64,000 nucleotides of DNA. Origin: an uncultured Holophagaceae bacterium. GTDB lineage: Bacteria; Acidobacteriota; Holophagae; Holophagales; Holophagaceae. Of this stretch, positions 36,076 through 43,238 are shown one piece after another (position 1 is the first letter of the stretch; each line of letters begins with the position of its first letter). The position numbers and the translations under genes are program-made. Under the pieces are notes generated by a model, which was not told the origin of the DNA, did not search any database, and saw nothing but the letters and a program-made list of their open reading frames with translations. The DNA is taken from contig CAISFO010000017.1 of assembly GCA_903884655.1 (NCBI GenBank), positions 21,149 to 85,148 on the forward strand. The letters run 5' to 3'.

Positions 36076-37185
36076 CTAGCCCTTGCCCCGCGCCTTCATG
36101 TCCACGAGCCGCTTGGCTTCGCGCCGGAGCAGTTCGGCCACGTTCCGATCCTTCATGAGCAGCTTCATATCACTCTCGTAGAGCCGCTTGAAGTGGGTCA
36201 TGGCCACCGGGAGAGGCGTGCGGGGATTCATGACCAGGGACTTGGTGATGGGGTACTTCTTCATCCACTCGCGGCTGTTCGAAATGATGCGGAGCACTTC
36301 CTCGTTCACGGTGCGCATGTTGGCGATGTAGGCCACCTCACCCTCGCTGATGCGCCCGTTCCGGATGACGTTCACCTGGATGAGGCGGTTGGCTTCGCGG
36401 ATGAGCAGGGTGCGCTCCTCCTTGCCGCCCTTGATGGCGAGCATGATCTTCTGGTTGGTGCTGAGCTTCATCACGCGCTGGGACAGGGTGAGCGTGATCT
36501 CGTTGCCCTCGTCATCCACCACGGGCTTCTGGGCCAGAAGGCGCCGTTCGGCGGCCATCTCCTCAGACTCGATCTCGGCATCGGCCTCTTCCCTGGATTT
36601 CTCCTTGGGCAAGGGCAGCTCCGACCAGGCGCGATCCAGGTGGCCCGCCTCCACCTCATCGATGATCTCGAGGCGCTGGTTCTTCACATCCTCGGGGATC
36701 AGGCGCAGGACATCGAATCGGAATTCATTGACGCGCCGCTTGATGACGTACTCGCCTTCGGGATGCTCTTCCAGCAGATCGAGGATTCGCGGGCGCTCGA
36801 GCCACAGCACCTGGTTGTTCAGCACGATCTCGAGCACAGACCCGGGCAGACTGGGCACCGAGGCTTCGACGATCCTCGAAGTGAGCGACTTGTTCAGAAG
36901 GGCCTGTTCCAGCAGCGCGGGTTCCTTGCGGTGGCAGAGCACCAGCTGGAGGGGCCAGGGGGGATTGATCGGTTCGGCGACCAGGCCCGCCAGGAGGGAT
37001 TCGGGCATGGTGGCGAAGAAGGCAAGGGCCCGCTGGGTGAAGCGTGTCTCGGTAAGGCCCACATGAGCCAGGGCCTGGAGCAGATCCACCGCCGGCACCG
37101 GCAGGCTGCCCCCCACCAGGGCCATCGCCATGGGCTCAGGCAGCCCCCCTTGGAGGAACCGATCAACGATGGGGTGCATGGTCAT
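36076..37185 (-). CDS. Hypothetical alpha-helical repeat protein
   Basis: The 369-aa product has an acidic central linker (EKSREEADAEIESEEMAAE) and helical repeats with NPRTP-type turns (VMNPRTPLPVAMTHFKRL). Its start overlaps the RodZ-like stop by 4 nt. I recognise no family with confidence. Confidence 0.6.
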   Translation of the reverse strand: MTMHPIVDRFLQGGLPEPMAMALVGGSLPVPAVDLLQALAHVGLTETRFTQRALAFFATMPESLLAGLVAEPINPPWPLQLVLCHRKEPALLEQALLNKSLTSRIVEASVPSLPGSVLEIVLNNQVLWLERPRILDLLEEHPEGEYVIKRRVNEFRFDVLRLIPEDVKNQRLEIIDEVEAGHLDRAWSELPLPKEKSREEADAEIESEEMAAERRLLAQKPVVDDEGNEITLTLSQRVMKLSTNQKIMLAIKGGKEERTLLIREANRLIQVNVIRNGRISEGEVAYIANMRTVNEEVLRIISNSREWMKKYPITKSLVMNPRTPLPVAMTHFKRLYESDMKLLMKDRNVAELLRREAKRLVDMKARGKG

Positions 37186-38003
37186 TTCCTTGGTTCATCT
37201 TCATCATCATCGGGCAGGGGCGTTCCACCTGGAAGCTCCGGCGGGGCTGGCTGGAGCCAGCGCCCCTTGTCATCAAAGCGGCCCAGCCAGGATTCGCCGA
37301 TGTTCTGCCCATGGGGAATGTGCCGGCCAGCCACTTCCAGGTTGACCACCCCGGCATTGTCGAGGGTGAGTGTAAATGGGCCCTTGACCCTGAGCCGCCA
37401 AGGATCCGAGACCTGGAGGCTGTGCATGAGCGGCTGCCGGCCCGGTTCCCCCGGGAATTCGATCTGCGCCTGGCAGGCATCCAGGCTCCGGAGGCTCACG
37501 AGCACGCCCTGCTCATTCAACGGCGCTTCCGGCAGGAACTCGCCCAGCACCGGATAAGGTGTTTCGGACGGTTTCGGAGGCGGGGGCAAGGCGCGCCTGG
37601 TGAAGCCGGTCAGATAGCTCGGCAGAGGTTTCCGGCCAAGGCTTGGGCCAGGCACCACCAGCCAGAGCACCACCAGACCCGAGGCGATGGTCAGCACGCC
37701 CATCACCGTGCGCTCGAGCCGCTCCTGCCGCGGATCCGGGGGTTCCAGTTCCTGGACGCCGGGCACGATCTGGAAAGCACCCGTGTGGAAATCCAGGTCC
37801 ACTTCCAGACGGCTGGCCAGCTGGCGGGCCAGGGGCCTTGGGCGTCCAGGAGGCAGCGATTCCCAGTGATCCCCTTCAATGGCCTCCAGGTGTCGCAGCG
37901 GCAGCTTGAGTTCCTTGGCCAGATCTTCCAGCGTGAGGCCACTGGCCTCCCTCGCCTGCCGGATCAGCTGACCAACGGAGGGCTCCTCGGTCATCCGGCC
38001 CAT
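37182..38003 (-). CDS. RodZ-like cytoskeleton protein (HTH - TM - DUF4115)
   Basis: The start is internal, at 38003 (MGRMTEEPS) or 37994. It has an XRE-type HTH (VGQLIRQAREASGLTLEDLAKELKLPLRHLEAIE), a TM helix (VMGVLTIASGLVVLWLVV), a Pro-rich linker and a C-terminal DUF4115-like beta domain (WRLRVKGPFTLTLDNAGVVNLEVAG). Confidence 0.75.
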   Translation of the reverse strand: MGRMTEEPSVGQLIRQAREASGLTLEDLAKELKLPLRHLEAIEGDHWESLPPGRPRPLARQLASRLEVDLDFHTGAFQIVPGVQELEPPDPRQERLERTVMGVLTIASGLVVLWLVVPGPSLGRKPLPSYLTGFTRRALPPPPKPSETPYPVLGEFLPEAPLNEQGVLVSLRSLDACQAQIEFPGEPGRQPLMHSLQVSDPWRLRVKGPFTLTLDNAGVVNLEVAGRHIPHGQNIGESWLGRFDDKGRWLQPAPPELPGGTPLPDDDEDEPRK

Positions 38004-38962
38004 CCCACCGGCAGTTCCTTCAGGAGCTTGGCCAGCTGTTCTCGGCGTTCGCCGCGGTTCAGGCGGCGGTCGTCCAGGCTGCCGCGGTGAGCCATGGTGT
38101 CCGTGAGCGTATTCTGCAGATCGTCCGGAGTGATGAACCCGCGGCCTTCGATCCAGGCCTCGGCCTGGGCAAGTGCCAGCCAATGCTTGGCGGCCCGAGT
38201 GGAGCAGAAACCCCCGCCGGAACGGATGCGCTCCACCATGCGCTCGACGTAATCCAGCACAGCTTCCGAGACCTTCACTTGCCGGACAGCCTCTCGGGCT
38301 TGACGCCATCCCTCCAGATCCAAGACGGGTGAAAGTGTGTCCAGCCGTTCGGAGCCTGCCTCGCCGACGAGAATCCGCCGCTCGGCCGCGCGATCGGGGT
38401 AGCCCAGATGGATGGTGCACGAGAAACGATCCAATTGGCTTTCGGGCAGGGGGAAGGTCCCTGCATGATCCAGCGGATTCTGGGTGGCGATGACGAAGAA
38501 TGGCTCCGGCAGCTTGTGAGTGCTGCGGTCCAGGGTGACCTGGCCCTCGACCATGGCCTCGAGCATGGCGCTCTGGGTCTTGGGGCCGATGCGGTTCAGC
38601 TCATCCAGAAGCAGGACGTGGCAGAACACGGGACCGGGCTGGAAGCGGAAGCCCTGCTCCTTGGCATCCCAGAGGTGGACCCCCAGGAGGTCTGAAGGCA
38701 GCAGGTCGTTGGTGCCCTGCACGCGCTGGAAACTGCCCCCGAGGATGCGGGACAGCCCCTTGGCCAGGGTAGTCTTCCCCACGCCCGGCAGGTCTTCCAG
38801 CAGCACATGGCCACCCGCCAGCATGGCCGCGAAGGCGCGCCGGACCTGGGCCTCCTTGCCCACCACCACGGACTGCAGCGCGGCGAGCCCCGCCCGCGCC
38901 GCGGGACGGATCCCCTCCGGCCTGCGAACCGGAGGAACGAGAACGGGGGGGACCAGGGTCAT
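37991..38962 (-). CDS. MoxR-family AAA+ ATPase
   Basis: It has Walker A LLEDLPGVGKTTLAKGL, Walker B VLLLDELNRIGPKTQSAMLEAM, VIATQNP and DRF. Confidence 0.92.
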   Translation of the reverse strand: MTLVPPVLVPPVRRPEGIRPAARAGLAALQSVVVGKEAQVRRAFAAMLAGGHVLLEDLPGVGKTTLAKGLSRILGGSFQRVQGTNDLLPSDLLGVHLWDAKEQGFRFQPGPVFCHVLLLDELNRIGPKTQSAMLEAMVEGQVTLDRSTHKLPEPFFVIATQNPLDHAGTFPLPESQLDRFSCTIHLGYPDRAAERRILVGEAGSERLDTLSPVLDLEGWRQAREAVRQVKVSEAVLDYVERMVERIRSGGGFCSTRAAKHWLALAQAEAWIEGRGFITPDDLQNTLTDTMAHRGSLDDRRLNRGERREQLAKLLKELPVGWAG

Positions 38963-40215
38963 GGGGCCTTCCTCGGCTGATTGCCTTCTCTATCTTCCAG
39001 AGGGATGCCATGTTCCCGCAAGCGCTGGGCAAGGGTGCGGAGGGTCAGGCCCAGGGCTTCGGCCGCCCTGGGCAGGTCGTCTGCGGCCTCGGTCATGGCC
39101 CGTTGCAGCAGTTTCGCTTCCGCGGATCGCGCCACTGCCTTGAGCATCCCGTCGAGGCCGCCTGCTTCGGGCCAGGGCAGGCAAAGGGGGGCGGCCTCCC
39201 CCAGGCGCAGATCAGGGAAGGAACGAATGGCCTGCCCTTCGGAGAGGAGGAGAGTCCTTCCCACAAGCACCTCGAGCTCTCGAACGTTTCCAGGCCAGGA
39301 ATACTCCAGGAGTTGCTTTTCGGCGCTGCGCTCCAGCCAAGGGACCGGTCGCCCATCCCGTTTGGCGGCCAGTTCGAGCAGCTGGCGGGTCAGGGCCAGC
39401 AAGTCCTCGCGACGCTCCCTCAGCGGGGGCACCTGCAGTTCCAGAGCACCCAGGCGCTGGGCGATGCCGGGGGCCAGGATGCCCTCCGGATCCACACTTC
39501 CCATCCAAGCGATACGGGTGCCTGGCCCGCTGTCCATGGCCCGGGCCAGTGGCGCCACCGCTTCAGGAGACAGGAGCTCAAGCCCCGAGATGAACAGGCT
39601 GCCGCCCTCCAGCAGAAGCAGCAGGCTGGGATCAGGGCCCTCTGGGCCCAAGGTCGCCGCCGCCACGCTGAGGTAGGGTGCCGCCGGATGCCGCAGCCCA
39701 TGGAGGCGCCTCGCACTGCGTTCCCGACCCGCGCCCCTTTCACCCCGGAACAGCACAGGCAGGGCGGAATCCGCGGCCTGTCGCAGGGCCATCTCCAGCC
39801 CCTGCGAAGCTGGGCTGTGGGCGACCCAGGGCTCGGCCGGATCCGGCGGGGGGGCGCCCACCAGGGCCCGCAGGCGGTCCAGCAGGGCCAGGAAGGCATC
39901 GAGATCGAAGGGCTTGGGCAGGAAGTCGTCGGCGCCGAGCCGCATGGCCTCCACGATGTCCTTGGCCTCACCGAAGGCGGACATCAGCACCACCCGCAGC
40001 CCCGGCTGCAACCGCCTCGCCCGGCGGATCAGCTCCAGGCCGCTCATGCCCGGCAGCCTCAGGTCCGTCACCAGCACCTGGAAGGTTTGGGTTTCGAGAG
40101 CCAGCAGGGCTTCCTGGGGGTCTGCCACGGCTAACGCGTTCCAGGCAGTACCCTCCAGGGCCTGGCTCAGGAGGCGGCGGAAGCTGTCCTTGTCTTCGAC
40201 CAGAAGGAGGTCCAT
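38959..40215 (-). CDS. NtrC-family response regulator with degenerate AAA+ domain (REC - pseudo-AAA+ - Fis HTH)
   Basis: The REC domain is intact (LLVEDKD, VLVTDLRLPGMSG, LPKPF). In the central domain the Walker A reads GERGAGRE (Lys to Arg), the Walker B position reads LFISGL (no DE), and there is no GAFTGA loop. PLRERREDL and WPGNVRELE are retained. The C-terminal HTH is AAEALGLTLRTLAQRLREHGI. Confidence 0.85.
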   Translation of the reverse strand: MDLLLVEDKDSFRRLLSQALEGTAWNALAVADPQEALLALETQTFQVLVTDLRLPGMSGLELIRRARRLQPGLRVVLMSAFGEAKDIVEAMRLGADDFLPKPFDLDAFLALLDRLRALVGAPPPDPAEPWVAHSPASQGLEMALRQAADSALPVLFRGERGAGRERSARRLHGLRHPAAPYLSVAAATLGPEGPDPSLLLLLEGGSLFISGLELLSPEAVAPLARAMDSGPGTRIAWMGSVDPEGILAPGIAQRLGALELQVPPLRERREDLLALTRQLLELAAKRDGRPVPWLERSAEKQLLEYSWPGNVRELEVLVGRTLLLSEGQAIRSFPDLRLGEAAPLCLPWPEAGGLDGMLKAVARSAEAKLLQRAMTEAADDLPRAAEALGLTLRTLAQRLREHGIPLEDREGNQPRKAP

Positions 40216-40241
40216 GGGAAGAAACTAGCAGCTATCGGCCT

Positions 40242-41627
40242 TCAGTTGGCGCCACCGCAATCCTCGATGAACCGCCGGCTCTGCGCCTCGGCCTGGGCGT
40301 CGAAGAGGGTCCTGCCTTCGATGAGTTGGAGTCCCGCCTCCCGGGCCCAGAGGGCAAAGGCGGTGTCCTCCTTGTAGATCCATTCCACCGCCCAGCGGGC
40401 GCTGGTCCTGGCGGCTTCCAGCAGTTCCTTGAAGGGGGCGGGATCCTCCACCGACATGCCCAGACTGGTGGCCTGCACAATGCCGACCGGCGCCAGGGCC
40501 GCCACGGCTTCGGGGGTCGATGGAGAGCGGCGCGAGACCTGGTGAAGACTCCGGCCGGCCCCTTCCAGCAGCAAGCGGCTGGTCCGGGCCACGCCGCCCT
40601 CGCCCAGCAGCAGGACCGGGCCAGGCTCAAGCTTGGACAGCGATTGTCCGAAGGCCTCGGCGTCCGTGTTGGCCCCGTGCCAGGGAACGCCCAGGTCTCG
40701 CCGCCAGAGGGTGTTCAGGGGGCCCTTCAGTCCCAGAGCTTCAGGGAGGGCCAGCTTCAAGGGCGCCGTGATGCTCAAGCCCAGGATGCCGAGGGCGTCC
40801 AGAGCCTCCACGGCCTCCTCGGCATCGCCGCAGAGGAAGGGCAGGTAGATCAGGTCCTTCAGGGCGCGCTGAAGCCGCGGATTGTGAAAGGCCGGCCCGC
40901 GGGAATGCAGGACGGGATCGCCGATGACACCGCAGAGGCCGAAGCCGGGATGGAGTCGGGCCGCCCGCCAGGCGCGCAGGGTCGCGAGGGGCAGCTGGCC
41001 TGGCGCGGCCGCAGGACCGTCATCGGGCGCGGCATAGGTGAAGGCCCCGCCCCAGACCGCCTGCAGGGCCCGGCTGGGCAGCCCCTTGGGGCCCATAAGG
41101 AAGGCGGCCAGCCGGATGCCATGGTCCTTGGCCCAACCCAGGGGTCCCCGCAGGCGGCCGTTGTCCCCCAGCCGTCCGGCCCAGCCCACCCACTTGAAGG
41201 CCTCGCCCTCGGGAAGGGACGCGAGGCGCGCCTCCAGATCGAAGACACCCGGAGCCACATGGATGGACCGCAGCAGCCGGACATGGGTGCGGGCCACCTG
41301 GATTTCATGAGGGATGGCTAGATCCCACTCCAGGTCCATCCAGAGAGGCTTGCCCTTCAGGGCCTTCACAAGATGCGCCAGTCGGCCAGCCTCGTCCGCC
41401 TCGGGCCAGCGACCGCCTTCGGAGGCCCGGCGACAGGTCACCAGGCAGCGGCGCTTCAGGGCATCCACCAGGGCCTCGGGATCCGCTTCCGGAAAAAGAT
41501 CCAGCCGCAGTTCGGGCAAGGCATCCTCGCCCAGCCGCCGGGCACAGGCCAAGGCCTGCTCCCAGTCCGGGTGGGTCAAGGTCACGATATGGAAGGGCAG
41601 GGAGTTCAAGGGCGGCATCCAGTCCAA
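40242..41627 (-). CDS. Bifunctional 3-dehydroquinate dehydratase (type I) / shikimate dehydrogenase
   Basis: The N-terminal DHQase-I-like half has RSIHV, FKWVGWA and FLMGPKGLPSRAL...GGAFTYA. The C-terminal AroE-like half has GVIGDPVLHSRGPAFHN, LSITAPLK, GANTDA and LLLGEGGVARTS. Confidence 0.8.
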   Translation of the reverse strand: MDWMPPLNSLPFHIVTLTHPDWEQALACARRLGEDALPELRLDLFPEADPEALVDALKRRCLVTCRRASEGGRWPEADEAGRLAHLVKALKGKPLWMDLEWDLAIPHEIQVARTHVRLLRSIHVAPGVFDLEARLASLPEGEAFKWVGWAGRLGDNGRLRGPLGWAKDHGIRLAAFLMGPKGLPSRALQAVWGGAFTYAAPDDGPAAAPGQLPLATLRAWRAARLHPGFGLCGVIGDPVLHSRGPAFHNPRLQRALKDLIYLPFLCGDAEEAVEALDALGILGLSITAPLKLALPEALGLKGPLNTLWRRDLGVPWHGANTDAEAFGQSLSKLEPGPVLLLGEGGVARTSRLLLEGAGRSLHQVSRRSPSTPEAVAALAPVGIVQATSLGMSVEDPAPFKELLEAARTSARWAVEWIYKEDTAFALWAREAGLQLIEGRTLFDAQAEAQSRRFIEDCGGAN

Positions 41628-41686
41628 GCCATCCTAACCTGCCCTGAGCCTTGCTCTCCGGGTTTCCCGGGCGCCGGGGCTCGCCG

Positions 41687-42211
41687 TCAACTGGGCCGGA
41701 TGGCCCCTGGTCCCATGGGCGGCAAGGACCCTGCTGGCTGCATACCCCCCAGCGGCTGCGGAAGCCGAGCCATGAGGGTTTTGGCCGCCTTGCCCCGCAG
41801 GCGGATCAGCCGTCCCCCCTTGCCCAGGCGGAACTCCGCCGGACTGAGAAAAGCCCACCAGGATTGACCGGGAGCCTTCTCCAGGTGGACCTCATCCCAG
41901 GGAATGGACGCGGGTCCCTTCCAATACAGGGGCTGAAAGGGGAAGGGCTGCTTCAGGTGCAGGCAGCGGCGCCCGAACCGGATGGACATGGGGCAGTGGC
42001 CTCGAAAGGACCCGAACTCGACCTGCTGCCAGCCCAGGTTCCGCTCGATGGGATCCTCCCGGTCGGCTGGCCAATCCTGGTACATGGCATAGATTCCCAT
42101 CAGCTTGTTCGTGAGCCAGGTGGTGCCCAGGAACACCACGGGCACCAGCAGAAGGATCCAGGGCGGAGGAGGAGGGGCGCCAGGCCGGGCCAGCAGGAGC
42201 ATGAGTTCCAT
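41687..42211 (-). CDS. Hypothetical membrane protein
   Basis: Its start overlaps the mazG stop (TGATG). It has a TM helix (PWILLLVPVVFLGTTWL) followed by a roughly 130-aa domain. I recognise no family. Confidence 0.5.
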   Translation of the reverse strand: MELMLLLARPGAPPPPPWILLLVPVVFLGTTWLTNKLMGIYAMYQDWPADREDPIERNLGWQQVEFGSFRGHCPMSIRFGRRCLHLKQPFPFQPLYWKGPASIPWDEVHLEKAPGQSWWAFLSPAEFRLGKGGRLIRLRGKAAKTLMARLPQPLGGMQPAGSLPPMGPGAIRPS

Positions 42212-43002
42212 CAGGGCCTCGCCTTCTTCTTCGCGGCCTGCCAGGCCGCCTCCATGTCATCAAGGGTGCGGTGCTCCCAGCCTCCGTGGGTGCGGGCATC
42301 ATCCTCCACGGACGTGAAACGCCCCTTGAAGCGCACCATCTGTCGCCGCAGCGCCGCGTCTGGATCCACACCCTTCTTGCGGGCCCACTGCATGAGGCTG
42401 AACAGCACATCGCCGAATTCCTCTTCCACACGCACGGGGTCGGATTCCGCCTGCAACTCACCCACTTCTTCCTTCACCTTGTCGAGGACTCCTTCCAGAT
42501 CGGGCCACTCGAAGCCCACCTTGGCACAGCGACGCCCGATCTCCAGGGCCTCGTCCATGGGCGACAAGGTGGCCGGGATGCCCTCCAGCAGCCGTGGTTC
42601 CGTTTCCGGTGTCAGACCCTTCTCCTCGCGCTTGATGGCGGCCCAGTTGGTGAGCACTTCGTCAGCCCCCTCCACCGCGATTTCCGCGAACACATGGGGA
42701 TGGCGGCGCACCAGCTTTTCGACCACAACCCGTTCCACCTCATGGAGGTCCCAGGCACCCCGGTCGGCGGCCAGCTGGGCATGGAAGGCGACCTGCAGCC
42801 AGAGATCCCCCAGTTCCTCGCAGAGGTGGGCCTCTTTGGCCGGATCACCGGGACGATGGGCGGCAATCGCCTCCAGCACTTCCGCCGCTTCCTCACGCAG
42901 GTAGCGGGCCAGGGTCTGGTGGTCCTGCTTCAGATCCCAGGGGCAGCCGGTCTCCGGCTTGCGGAGCGCAGCCATGACAGCACGGAGGGTCGAAGGGTAC
43001 AT
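42211..43002 (-). CDS. mazG: Nucleoside triphosphate pyrophosphohydrolase MazG
   Basis: It has GCPWDLKQDHQTLARYLREEAAEVLEAI and tandem MazG EExxE motifs (EELGDLWLQV, EEFGDVLFSL). Confidence 0.9.
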   Translation of the reverse strand: MYPSTLRAVMAALRKPETGCPWDLKQDHQTLARYLREEAAEVLEAIAAHRPGDPAKEAHLCEELGDLWLQVAFHAQLAADRGAWDLHEVERVVVEKLVRRHPHVFAEIAVEGADEVLTNWAAIKREEKGLTPETEPRLLEGIPATLSPMDEALEIGRRCAKVGFEWPDLEGVLDKVKEEVGELQAESDPVRVEEEFGDVLFSLMQWARKKGVDPDAALRRQMVRFKGRFTSVEDDARTHGGWEHRTLDDMEAAWQAAKKKARP

Positions 43003-43238
43003 GCCTAGAGGTTATCTAAGAACGACCGCCCCAGGTGGGAGCTCTCCTGCGGTTTTTCTGGACTCCCACTTCCTTCCAGGCAGTCGAAGTCCGAAAGCCC
43101 CTGCCTGATCTGGGCCAGGGAGCGTAGGCTGCAGCCCCCCGCGCCAGCTGAAGTCACCAGGACAGAGGAATCCGAAGCAGATGTTCGCCTTGATCGCAAG
43201 AATGTTGGAACAGGTCCAATCCTAGTGCTGAAGTCCTT

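Noticed and set aside
36193-41321. Plus-strand ORFs 36193..37557 (454 aa), 37311..38090, 39010..40134 (374 aa), 39678..41321 (547 aa) and others.
   Set aside because: They are shadows of the minus-strand operon (helical-repeat protein, RodZ-like, MoxR, response regulator, AroDE), all of which have recognisable motifs.
43005-43199. A 64-aa minus-strand ORF in the mazG upstream spacer.
   Set aside because: It has no coding-type GC3 bias or motifs. The region more likely holds the promoter of the long mazG operon and the terminator region of the Mur ligase fusion gene.
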